A stretch of 64,000 nucleotides of DNA from Vezdaea acicularis (lineage: Eukaryota), in contig JAPEUI010000013.1 of NCBI GenBank assembly GCA_026025075.1, forward strand, positions 1 through 64,000, read 5' to 3'. The position numbers and the translations under genes were made by a program. Numbering within the stretch: position 1 is the stretch's first letter; each line of letters starts with the position of its first letter. This document shows positions 47,075 through 59,435 of the stretch, piece by piece. Below the pieces are notes generated by a model, which was not told where the DNA came from, searched no databases, and saw only the letters and a program-made list of their open reading frames with translations.

Positions 47075-49729
47075 ATGCTTGTGCACATACGAGATAAGCA
47101 GCAGCCATATGCTGGACCTACTAGAGCGTCGGCACGCGATGGAAGCCTCGATGCGTCCTTCGGCGGGAGTAGCCAGGGCGAATCGCACAAGAGGAAGAGC
47201 GAGGATGGCACGAGTGCAGGTACGAGGGCAAAACGTAATCGGTACACGTCGATAGCTTGGTATGTCATCGGCTTGACCTGGCGAGTATAGAGTCACAGCA
47301 TGGGACTGACGTGTGGATTTACAGCAATGAGTGCAAAAGGAGAAAGATCAAGTGCAATGGAGAGACGCCATGCCAACGTTGCGGGAACCTTTCATTAGGT
47401 TCGGCCCTGCACGGCAGTGCAAACCCGAAGAAAATACTGATGATTAAACAGACTGCCTCTATACGCCTAACTGCTGCAGCAATAGTTTCAAGGACTCCGA
47501 GTATGTGTGCATATTTCCCGGCGCTGTTTTCCATCCATGACTAATTTTATCGGTTCCTCATAGTGAATATAAGCAACTAAGTTCGCATCTCCTGGCTCTC
47601 CAAGATCAAGTTGACGCTCTATACAACAAGCTTTCAGCGGTACAGAGCGATAATCCGTCGACGGGTAAATCAGACAACTTTCTATTTCCGCACAAGCAGT
47701 CTTCAATATCGACATCGAGAAGCGCCACAGACACACCTTCCCGGACCAGGAGTAAAGTATCTCGAAAATCACTGAATTTCAAGGGCCCAACCAGCCCCGA
47801 ATTCAGCTTTCATGTTGCGCAGAGATCTCTACAGAATATGGGGGTGACGTCGAGTGAGGATCAGTTGGAAGAAGAGGAGTTGGACCCAAACTCGGCGCTC
47901 CTCGGGCCATCCGATAGCGAACAGATGCATTCCTCCAAAGACCCTCTGTGGTCGATTGATAGGTCCGAAGCACTGAGGCTTTGCAACGTTTTCGATCATG
48001 AGCTCTTGACTATACATCCGCTTATCGAGATTGACAGAGTCATTCGACATTGCAGTTCGCTCTATCGCTTCATGGAGGCAGCTACGGCGGCAGGCATCGT
48101 CCTCCTGGATAAGCCTGGCGCAGATGGGCTTGAAGATGACGACACGAACATTCTCAAGATGGTCCTTGCGATCACTCTTGTGCTCGAAAGAGCTGCAGGG
48201 GCGGGACAGGGTGATCTGGGCGAGAGACTATTTGAGAGCGTGAGGCCGGTCATCGAGCGGAGACTGTTCACTCCAGAGGCGGATTTCAAGGGGATGGTCT
48301 TGCTTTCCCTGGCGGTAAGTTTATTCAGAAAAAGACACTTTATGAAACATATCAAGGACTAATTGAAACCTAGTCGATGTACTTCTTCCAGCAAGGTGAC
48401 GACGAGGGCCTAGCATGGCGCCTCGTAGGCCATGCTATGCGGCTAGCCATCGAACTCGGCCTCCACCGCAAAGCGGAATTCTATAGCTCGCTGGCCTCCG
48501 ACGCTGACCGCGCCTGGGCGATCCGCTTCTTCTGGGCCATCTACGTGCTCGACCGGCGCTGGAGCTTTGGTACCGGTATGCAATTCTCGATTCAAGACTC
48601 GAGCATCGACCCCGACCTCCCTGAACCAGACGACCACCCATACCTGAAAGCCATGATCGATTACAGCCGCATGTCCTCCTCGATCTTCGAGTGCGTCACC
48701 TCGTTCGAAGGCTCCAACGCGGACATTGCCCAGAACGTCGAGTTTTGGAACTTCAAGATCCGCGAGTGGTACGCCTCCGTGCCGCCCCACCTGCAATTCC
48801 TCGATCCCGAGACCAACGTCGAAGCCCCCTCGGAGAGCCGCACGCAGCGCCGCCTGCGCGTCCTGCTCTACCTCCGCGCCAACTCCCTCCGCATCGTGAC
48901 CTACCGCAAAATCCTGCAATCCGCGATCCGCATCTCCGAGAACCGCGCCGCGGCCGAAACCGGCGTCGGGCTCGCCCAGGACATCGTCCGGGTGCTGACC
49001 CACCTCAACCAGACGAGCGACATCTACCGCGCCCAGCAGATCCTCTTCAACTACTTCCTCGTCTCGGCGCTGGCCCTCCTCTTCCTCGCCGTCTCGCACG
49101 CCCCCGTCCAGTTCAGCCACGTCTGCAGAGACGAATTCTACATGGCCCTCGACCTCGTCAAGGGCTTCAGCGCCAAATCCTCCGTCAGCAAGCGTCTCTG
49201 GAAAACGATCAAGGGCCTCAAAGAGATCGGGCCCCGCCTCGGCCTCGGCGTGCGTGTACCTGACTCCGCCATTCCCACCCCAGACGCCCATTCCTCCGCT
49301 GCCGTCGCCATGGCCGGGCTCGCAGGCCACGCTGTCGGCGATCTCGCCGTCCTGCAACAACAAACCACTACACCCCAATCCGTCCTCACCACCACCACCA
49401 ACCAACCCCCAACCCCCACCCCCTCTTCCATGGACCCACCCCCAGAAAACAGCCCCCTCTGCGGCACGAAAATGAGCCACGAATTCGCCTCCCTCTTCGA
49501 AGGCGTCATCGGTCTCTCCGGCCTCCACACCGCCGAAATCCCCCCCGAATACCCCAATCCCGAGCTCGCGCAGCAGGTTAATAGCGGACTCCCCCAGGTC
49601 GTCGATGGGGGCGTGAGTGTCTCTGGGGCTGTGCCCGGCGCGGGGAATACCGGGACTCCTGTGGCAGGCTTGGGAGGAGTGTGGTCCGGGGAGCAGGATT
49701 TGAATCGGGTTATGCGGGAACTGTTTTGA
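47075..49729 (+). CDS. Zn(II)2Cys6 transcription factor with fungal-specific middle homology domain (multi-exon; start uncertain)
   Basis: Spliced RNRYTSIAC/NECKRRKIKCNGETPCQRCGNLSL/DCLY, then AWRLVGHAMRLAIELGLHR and FWAIYVLDRRWSFGTG. At least four short introns. Confidence 0.9.
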
Positions 49730-50548
49730 GTGTTGAGGAGGGGCTTGGTGGGACGGGGTGGAGGGGTGGTGTTTGGTGGGGAAAATGGGGGATATGGGGA
49801 AAGGCGGGAGCTGGACCCATCAATCACTCAAACACAAATTCCTCACGCAGACGCTCATCAGCGCGCACATCCAATTTCTCTCTGAAAGTGTACAAAACGC
49901 ATCACTTCCTCGATTATACTATCCTAGCCTAGCCCTAGCCTAGCTTACTCACTCCTAACTAAACACCATCATGCCCCCTCCCCCCCAGTAGCCCCCTCTC
50001 CCCTACCCCAAACCCAAACCCGGACTACGCCCATTTCTAGGAAAGAAAACCACATGTTGTAAAGCAGAGCTGGGAGAGAGAAAACACGAAACAACAGCCG
50101 CGAGAAATTTGGTATCACCGCCCCCATAGCAAGCACAGCAAGAAAAGACGACGGAAATAGCATGCCAAATACACGACTCGCTCGGAGTGTCCTAGCGCAG
50201 AGAAGGCCTGTCCCCGCTGTATAGAGGGAGGGAGGGGGTGCTGTTTGGACCCAGGATGAAAAATGAAATGAGATAGAAAACGACAATATTGAAAAAAAAA
50301 AGACTTGTGTACGCAATCCAATAGAGGGGTGGGGTAGCATGACCAGTAGAGGTCCAATGAACTCCGGGAAACTGCGGCTAAGCCGGAATTAGGAGCAGGG
50401 GCGAGGCTGGGTGCTGGGGTGCTCGTAGAGATGTGGTAACTTAGCCGTCTTCCGCCAACATGCGTCCCTGAAGTCGATGATGATGATGGTGTTGATGATG
50501 ATAGTGACCAAAGGGACGGCGAGCACAAGCCCCCCACACAACAACCAA

Positions 50549-53500
50549 TCACCCGGCAATCCTATCCTTCAAGCCCCCAAACCAACTACTCCTCCTATCC
50601 GCGCCGCCACTAACGGCTCTCCCCCCACTGGCCACACGTCCATAATACCCTACGGCGGGCTCAGTTGGGAGATCACTCCTGCGTTTCCTCCTCCTGCCTT
50701 CTCGATCAAGCTCTCGCTCTCTGTCCGGCCGCGCATCTCTGTCACCGCCACTATCCCCACTACTGCGGCCGCCCCGATCTTTCTTGCGGCGGCGCCTTTC
50801 ACCCCGTGCGGCGTCCGCGTCGGCGTCCGCGCTGGTCACGACGGGGTCAATACCGCGGCTGGCGGGGGCGTCGGTGATGATTGGGTCTTCGGGTGGGGGA
50901 GGGGGTGGTTCGACGATCTGGTCGCGCACCCAGGAGCTAGTGTGGTCGTTTGCGTACGGCGATAACACAGGCGGGGGAGGCGGGGCGAGGCCTCGATCGG
51001 CGTCGCCTCGTGGGCTGAAGTAGTCGTCTCCTGGGGCGGCGCTCTGGCGCCTAGAGTCTCCGCGGGGCCGGCTGGCCGAAGCGTCTTTACTTGCGCGTTT
51101 TGCGCGGCGCTCCTCGCGGCGGCGGAGTCGTTCTTCCTCGTCGTCTTGAACGGGGGAGCGGCGACTAGTGGTTGCCTTGGGGGGATCGACAATGTACGAG
51201 CTGCGGCGCTTGTCGGACTTGCTGCGCGGCTTAGAGGTATCTTCTGGGCCCGAGGCGGCGGCGAGATCGCGGTCGCGCCGTTTGGAGGAGCGGCGGGTAT
51301 CTCCGACTTCGACTTCGCGGGTAGTTCGTTCTTCGCGGGCGGCGCGACGGACGCGCTTTTCTTCTGCGCGGCGTTCGTCTGCTTCGCGGGCGCGCGCACG
51401 ACGGGTCTCCATCTCGCGCTCTTCGCGCTCGCGGCGTCGCCGTTCACGCTCTTTGCTGGCTGCGATTTCGGCCTCGCGGGCTTCGCGCTCTTCACGGTCC
51501 CGATCGGCTCGCTTCTGGCGGCGCTCGGCGCGGCGGGCGTCCCGCTCTGCCTCATAGGTATCAGCGTCGGCATCGGTCGTGGCGCCGACTCCTTCCGTGC
51601 CTGTGGCGGGCTCGCCGCCGGAGCTGTCTTGCACAGAGCGCCGTACTTTGCGGTCGTCGCGACGGAGGCGCTTAGTGTCGCCTTCAGAAAGCTCGCGGGC
51701 ACCGCTTTTGCGGCGGCGGGAGTCGTCTTTGGTCTCATAGATGCCTTTGCTCCGGCGCTTGGGGTCCTGAGCGGGCTCGGTGGTATTTGCCCGTTTGGCA
51801 CGGAAGGACCCGAAGAAGCCCATTAACTTAGCATTTGGTCGCGGAGGAGCGGCCATGGTTGAGGAGCGGCGAGGTGGTGAGCGAGGAGGTGAGACGAAGG
51901 CGATGTCTTCAGGCCCGGTCTGTACGTCTGGGCCATCGGTGGCACCGCCGGCATCGACCATCACGAGGTCATCGTCTGCAAGCGCACGAGACTCGCGTTT
52001 GGATTTGGATGACTTTTTAGCTCTGGCTGGAGCCGGAGCCGGAGTGGAGATATGCATATCCTTAATGGCCGCATTATAATCTTCCGAGACGCCAAAGGCC
52101 ATATCGGGATCGTGGTCGTCCAGACCGCGAGTAGTCTCTCGTTTGGACTTGCTACGGCCCAGATTGCCCCTGTTGGGCTTCTCGGCGGGTGGGGGAGGAT
52201 CGTCCGAGTCGACGAGGTCATCGTGCCCATCAATCATGACTATGTCATCGTCCATGAGGCCAACTGGAGTTAAGGGTTCAAGATCAGCTGATGGAGATGA
52301 AGGCTCGGCCATGTCTTTCTTACCAGGAGCCTTTTCCTTCTTGCGCTTAGACTCTTTCCTCGCGAGTCTCGGCTTATCAGCACCGAGAAGCTTCGCAGCT
52401 TTTGAAGATGAAGACGGCATATCTGTGGGTAAATCGTCTGGCGGCGGGGACATCAACCCATCACCTGATACGTCGATAGATTGTCTTCGCGAAGGTGTCT
52501 TTGTTGTACTCGCCCGACGGGCTGCGGATGGTCTCCTCGCAGGAGCTTGACCACCTAAGAGAAAGCTTGAAAAGCTTAAACCTCTCGGCTTCGCCGGTTT
52601 CGTTGCAGATTGTGGCGCCTTATCGGAGCCAGATGACTTTGTAGATGCCTTCTCGACCTCTTTGTCGGTTGTTATTATTGGTTTCTTGACGGAGTTTGTT
52701 CGACTTAGCGCGGGCGCCTTCTTCGCTGGAGTTGTAGCAGCAGCCTTGGCTGGTGGTGAAGTCTTACGCGGTGGCGCGGCGACTCCCCAGAATCCCCAGG
52801 ATGGTCCTAAATCGTTTCGTACTATCCTTGCGCGCTCCTTCTTCGCTGCAGACTTGATCGGCGTAGCAGCCGGTTCTGGCGGAGGAGTAGGCGGGCCTGG
52901 TGGTGGTGTTGGAGCAGCGACGGGGATATCATCCATTCCCTTCTTCTTGGTTACAGTCTTCGTAGCCTTGATCCCCTTCTTGATGGGGGTCTTCTTTTCC
53001 ACCACCACTTCTACGATATCGTCGTCGTCTTCGTCTTCGTCTGGAAAGCTGCCAGGAACGGTCTTGTTGCTTTTCTTTACTTCGACAGCCTTTTCTTTCT
53101 CGGCAGCAGCGGCAGCTTCTTCTTTCTTTTGTTTCGCGGTCTTGATGGTTTTCGAAGTCGTACGAGTAAGAGTGGCGGTCTTCTTTGAAGAAGATTCGGC
53201 TTTGGCGTCAGCTTTGGGGGCTGCCTTTTCGGTCTCAGCCTCGGGAGGCGACTTTGACTTTCCTGAGTCAGCGACGGCTTTGCGCTTGATCGTCGTCGCG
53301 TCGTCCTTTTTCACGACTTTCTCCGCCTTCTCGGCCTCCTTCTCCTTCTTCTCTTTCTCGAGCGCTTTGACCTTCTCCGCGACCGATAGTTTTCGCTCGA
53401 CTTTGGAAGTCGTCGCAGATGCGAGCGCGGCCTTCTTGGAGGCTGGGCTCGTCTTAGTCGAGGGCGGGGGAGGTGCCGCGAGATCACTCGCGTCTTCCAG

Positions 53501-56500
53501 GGCCTTCGCTTCCACCGCCTTACTAAGCGAGTCGCTCTTATTGGTGGCAGTTTCCTTGTCTTTTGATTCGTCTGGCTTTTTAGTCGTGGCCGACTTCTTG
53601 GCTGTCCCCCCCCAAAACCCCCACCCATCGGCGGCTTTCTTTGCTGGCTTGGCTTCTGGTGATGGCGAAACTTCTGTTGGAGTTTTCTTTTCTTCCTTGA
53701 CTGGCGTCTCATCCTCGTCGAGTATCAGAATATCATTATCGCTAACCTTGTCAACACTCTTGATGCTTTTGGTGCTCTGACTAGTTGCCGTCCTGGTGAG
53801 CTTGCTACCGGGCTTGCCCTTGCCCTTCTTTGCCTTTGCCGCGGCGGCATCGGCCTCAGCCTTGGCCTTAGCTTCCGCTTCCTCTCTCTCCTTCTCAGCT
53901 GCCTCCTCTTCCTCTATCCTGATCCTTTCCGCCTCCTCTTCCTCTTCCTTCTTCTTTCGTTCGGCTTCTTCCTTCTCTTTCGCCTTCTTCTCCTTCTCCT
54001 TTTCCTTCCGTTCTGCTACTTTCGATTTCGCCGTTGTAGTGGTAGTAGTAGTCCCACCACCCATGCTACCCCAGAAGCTTTTGGCCGCTTTGGCAGGGGT
54101 TACCTCCTGCTCGTCAGACTTGCCGGACTTGGTCGACTTCAGTTCATCGTCGATCTTCTTGTCATTTCTCTTCTTCTCATTCTTTCCGTTCTCCTCGTTC
54201 TGCTTTTCTAAGGCCTTGGCTAGCTCAGAAACCTTGCCGCTCTTCGTGCCTTTCTTGGCAGCTTTCTTCTCCTCCTTCGCCTTCGCCTTTTCATTCTCCT
54301 CTCTTTCCTTCTCCTCCTTTTCTTTCTCCAATTTGGCAGCTTTCTCCTCTTCTGCTTCCTTGGCTTCTGCATCTTGCTTACTGAGAATAGCCTTCTTCCC
54401 ACCTTTCTTTTTGGCCGTAACAGGCGCAAAGGTCCCCCACTCCTCCATCGGATCCGGTTCCGGCTCTGTGAGATCCTGATTCGGAGGGGTGGGCGCTGGC
54501 GGTGGAGGTTCTAGTGACGTAAATCCCTTCTTCTTCTTCTTATCCTTCTTGCTATTGGCACCAGTACTCCAGGTATCCCATATTTCAGGCTCTGCTGCCT
54601 TCGGCTCATCGACAGAGTCAGGCTGGACAGACTGAGCTGACACATCGTCCTTCTCGACTTCAACAGCGGCAGCCTTAGCTCTCGCCCTTTCCTTTTCTCG
54701 TTTCTTTTTCTCTTTAGCGGTCAGACCAAAAGCCCAATCATCATCGTCATCACCATCGACCTTCGTGGGTTTTTTCTCTTCCACTTCGTCGGGTTTTATG
54801 ACTGGGTCGCCGAGTTCTATCAAAGGGTCATCCGCAGTGGCGGGTACAGGCGTAGACTCCTTTTCCTTCAATTTCTTCGCCTTCTTCGCCTCTTTCTCTG
54901 CCTTCTTCTTCTGAGCTGGGGTCAATTCTTCCACCGCAATGTCCCAGAAATTAGAATCTCCACCCATATCTGTGATTTCTGGAACGGGGGGTGGGGGCGG
55001 CGGCGGCGGTGGCGGGGGAGGGGGGGACGCTTCTTTGATCAATGATCGAGCCTTGGAATCAGCCGAAGCGGTGGAACCTCGTTTACTCTTCTTCTTGGTC
55101 GATTTCGCACCCCAGTTCGGCCAGTCCTCCGCTTCATTAGTAGTACTAGCCACAGCTATAGACGCCGTGTCAAAACTAAGTATGTCATTATTGCTGATGC
55201 CTGGTTCTGTGACGGAATTTTTCTTCTTCTTGTCCTTCGACTTGGGTCCCCATGCGTTCCAATTGCTATTGTCGTCTTCTTCTGGTGCCGGGACTATTTC
55301 AATCGACTGCATTACCTCAGGCTCAGGGGAGTCTTTAGCGGCAGCGGCACCCTTTTTGTTTTTCTTCTTATTGTTAAAGGTTGGCCAAGTGTTGTCCATG
55401 AGGTCAGCAAGCGGGTCTGTAGAGGTTCCCTTTGCCTTTTTCTTCTCCTCCTTCTCCTTCTTCTCCTCTTCCTTCTTCCTCTCCTCTTCCGCTTCCTCTT
55501 CCTTCTTCTTATTCTCTTCCTCCTCCTTCTTCTTCCTTGCTTCCTCTTCCTCCTTCTCCCTATCATCAGTGACAGGCTCCCCTATCGCACCAAAGGCATT
55601 CTTTCCTTTCTTCTTCTTTTTGGTGCCCGTAGATTCCCACGAATTCCAGGTATCGTTTACAGTAGTGGAATTAGTTTTCTCGATGGACTCTCCATTTACT
55701 TCCTCCGGCTTAACCTCAAATTCATCGAGGAAAGAGAAAGCATTAGCCTTCTTATCCTTCTTGTCTTTCTTCCCCTTCTTGTCTGACCCGTTCATATTAG
55801 TCCCCCAAATACTTTTGTTCTTTGCGTCATCGTTGTCGGCTTCGTCGACAATAGCAACGATCTCGTCCAGGTCACCTTCCTCGTCTTCATTGAGCGGATC
55901 GTTGAGCCCCCAGCCGAAGGTAGTTTTTGCCTTGGTTGGCTTTAGTCCACCCATGGACCAAGGACTGTCATTGGACTTGTCGACCTTCTTATCCTTATCC
56001 TTATCCCCGGCCTTTCCTTTGAGCCCTTTGCCTTTTCCGTCATCTTTGTCTTCCTTGTGGTTGTTGTTGAGCGGATCTGCACCACTGAAATCCCAGGCGT
56101 TGCCGGTACTCCAATCTTGGCCCCACGCCCCGAAGCCTTGGCTATCGCCACCAGTCTTGGTCGTGGAGCCCAAGAAGTCAAGGTCTATTTTCGGCGCATC
56201 GTCGTTGAGACTGACATCTCCAAAGTCCATCATCGAGTCGATGATCTTCTTAGAGTCAGCAGGGGGAGGCGGTGGGGTCGGTTCAGTCTCCTTGGCCTTC
56301 TTGCCCTTCTTTTTCTTAGTAGTAGCAGGGGTGAAACTCCATTCGTCCTCGGCAGCGACCTCGCCTATATCTCCTCCATTAGCAAGCGGCCAGCCGTTGC
56401 TCATGGTGATGTCCTCCTCCTCCTTCCTTTTCTTCTCGGCGGCTTCTTCCTCTTCCTTCTTCTTCTGCCCCTCTTCGTCCTCTTCTGTGAATTTTCCCTT

Positions 56501-57354
56501 CTTGCCCTTCTTTTTCTTCTTACCCTTGTCATCCCCTGCATCACCTCCGCCGTCACCCCCCGCACCGCCATCCCCGGCACCATCTCCGTTGTTGCTCCCG
56601 CCGCCACTACCACCCCCATTTCCACCACCATTCTGCTCCCCTACGTCTCCATTCTTATCTTCGTCGTTTTCACTTTCTGCCCACTTGTCCTGCTTCGCTT
56701 GCTTCGCGGCTTTCTTGGCTTTTTTGTTTGGGTGTTCACGGATCCCCGTCAAGGAAAGGAAGGCAATTGAGGGAGGTGCTGGGATGGGATCCCAGAGGAC
56801 ATCATTGCTCCGAGAAGAATAACTAAGCGGGTGTAAGGTCGGAGCATGCTTTATGAATTCGGGTTGCGCCCGAGCTAGGGCATCTGTATCGTTATAGTCG
56901 GGAGGGGCATCGGAGATGGCGTCGAGGTAGGACGGAGGAGGCGAGCCGTAAGGTGGAGGGGAGGACTGCGAGAGCTCGTGAAGGTCGAGCAGCAGATAAG
57001 GTGCGCTCTGTACTGTAGATCCAAGGCATTGCTGTGGGCGCGACTCGTATCAGTCCTAATCCTTGCCTCGCGACGAAAGCATTGTTTTGAACACGACCAA
57101 AACCCATCCATACGTACCATTTTTAATGCACAACATGACTCTTGTGAGAGAGAATCGCGTGCCCAGCACGCGCTTTCTAGTGATTTCCCGTTCTGCGAGC
57201 CGTACGCAGTGTTCGTTGGCAAGGGCGCACGACCACTCGCACGAGCGCCGTCATCGGCCTCGTCAACCAACCCAATCTTCCAGCGCTGGGTCTTTCGTGG
57301 CAGGAGGTCGGGCGCGCGGAGAGCGTCGGAGGGCGATGCGGCAGAGACTGCCAT
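50549..57354 (-). CDS. Very large (~2,200 aa) K/E/P/R-rich low-complexity protein; predicted exons 57354-57118 and 57031-50549, with a possible extra 60-nt intron
   Basis: The 2067-aa ORF frame stays open upstream of its TTG to ~57050 (..SPPPYGSPPPSYLDAISDAPPDY..). A phase-0 GTACGT...CTGAT...CAG intron (57117-57032) links it to ATG 57354. Repeated D/E-W-x(n)-KKKK motifs. Confidence 0.8.
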
Positions 57355-59435
57355 TGCGATCGTTCGGTCTGGGGGTACTCTGGAGCTGGTTTGCACGCAT
57401 CGAAGAGACTGTCTGTTGGTTGTGCGGTGGGGGGTTTTGCGCGAGAAAGGCTTCAAGGGGGTTTTTGGTCGAAACACGCGAGGAGATTTTGGTGGTGAGG
57501 GAGGAGAGCGAGGGTCGAGTGATGGTGGAGTAAGAGGTTCAAACAAGCGCAGATATTACCTCCCGGGATGAGGTTGGAGGAGGAAGATGTGTGAGAGAGT
57601 GAAAGAGAGGAAGAGGGAAGCTATGATGGGTCGAGAATGGGGTAGGGCCTTGTCGAGGGGTCGAGCGACGGCGCGACGAGCTTTCCCGTGTGTGCGGGAA
57701 GGGAGGAATTTTGGGGCGTGGGTTATCGAGGCGCGCCGTGGCCGGCCCTTGCGAGGTGAGACCCCCCCCCCAAAGAGAGGTGCGGAAGCGACCAGGGGGC
57801 CCCGCGACCCAGCAGGATAAGCAGGATAAGCGCGACCGGTTGTGACGATTACGCAGAGAGTGGGCGTGAAAGGGCGTTGTTGCCCTCTCTCCTCTCTTCA
57901 CCTTCATCACATTCCTCGCGACCTTTTTTTTTTGTGGGCGAAGGATTGGACGACACAACGTCGGCCTCGCCTCCTGCCTGCCACCCCTTCATTCTCCCGC
58001 TTTGGGCGATGGACGAGGCATTATTGGCCCAATTAAGATCAACATGCGAAGAAGAAAAAGACTTCCCGCCGCGCATCCGCCGCTCTGGCGACTCGGCCGC
58101 GACTCCGCGACCGTGGCGGGGCCAGCAGCGGTCCCGCACCAGGGTAGGGCAGGGCTTTATTCCATTCGGATAGCCTGCTCATCGCCGCCTGGGACGTCAC
58201 TGGGCAAGATACCATCCCCTCTGATGCATCGTCGACCCGGCCCGGCGGGTACGCACCGCAGACGACGATACCGCCGTCGCACACAGGACGACCCGGCCGA
58301 CGGGCGGTCCCCACCTAGATACGTGTCGCCGTTCGTCGCATCGACGACCTCTTCTTTCTCTCTCTCTCCCGCTCAACAAACAACGCCGGCTTCACCGCAA
58401 GTTGCGCGGCCAATCTCCTGCGCTCCCCTGTGGCGAAAGGGGCGCGATCATCCAGCGTATGGGAGGGGCGCGTCCGCACGGTCGCACGCGATTGGACCGC
58501 CGGTCACGCGTTGGGCGGATTCGCGGGCCCTCGAACGGAGCGCTGGAGGATGAGAAGAATGCAGGGACGGACACCAACTCGCCTGTCTGCACGCGCTGAT
58601 TTGTCGTGTGCGCCGGGCGGGGGGCCGCCCTCGACGGCCATTGGTGCGCCGCGTGACCCACACGGAGACGAGGGTAGAGCCCCGTCCGCACACCCTCTCG
58701 CGCCCTCGCCGGAATACATCTACACTCCAGGTGACACCACGCCCGTCTAAGCGTGATCCTCGAATGCCATCGCAGGACGAGGCCAGACGGAATGACGAGG
58801 CCAGGACGCGGCAGCGCTGGTGGTGGTCAGTCAGATCGCGGGATGCTCAGAGCGCACAGGGCACGGTAACGTCATACGAGATGACTTCATTCCGGCCCTT
58901 AAGCATGGGACCTGGAAGATATGACAGACAATACTGACCCGCCCCCAGAGGTTGAGATGAGGCCGTCGACTCTCACTAACGCTTCTGATAAGCATCGGTG
59001 ACTGAATCATCACTGGGAACGTCTTGGCCCTTCGGATGGACGGAGCATCAAGGCAACTTGATGACAGGCTCCAATCATCCTTCTAAGAGCGGTTTCCTGG
59101 GGCCCCGCAGGTTATGACTGCTCACGCTGCCGCGCACCACCTATCCCTGGTCATGGCTCTGGCTTTAGCTCTGAAGGAATGCTCGTGTTACCTACAAGCA
59201 AAGCAGGGTCTCACGGTTAGTCTGATCGTCACCGTGCTCTGTGATGGCCGTCACCATTCTCGCGATAACGTTCTTCCGCTGGTTTTCCGCTTTCGTCTCT
59301 GCCATCGGGACGCTTCAGTGACACGTTGTTTTCAAGGTAATGTTCATCACACGGGGGAGCTGTAGTGCTTTCACGCCCGCATCGTACTGAAGAGACGAGA
59401 GTCTTGTTTCATTTCCCTACAAGCCCTCACATCTC

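Noticed and set aside
48443..49827. 361-aa and 229-aa minus-strand ORFs
   Set aside because: These are antisense shadows of the GC3-rich transcription factor exon.
52662..56822. Long plus-strand S/F/L-rich ORFs (372, 227 and 627 aa)
   Set aside because: These are antisense shadows of the K/E-rich minus-strand gene.
57400..59400. Dense overlapping R/P/G-rich ORFs
   Set aside because: They are expected by chance in GC-rich promoter DNA and contain no recognisable domains.
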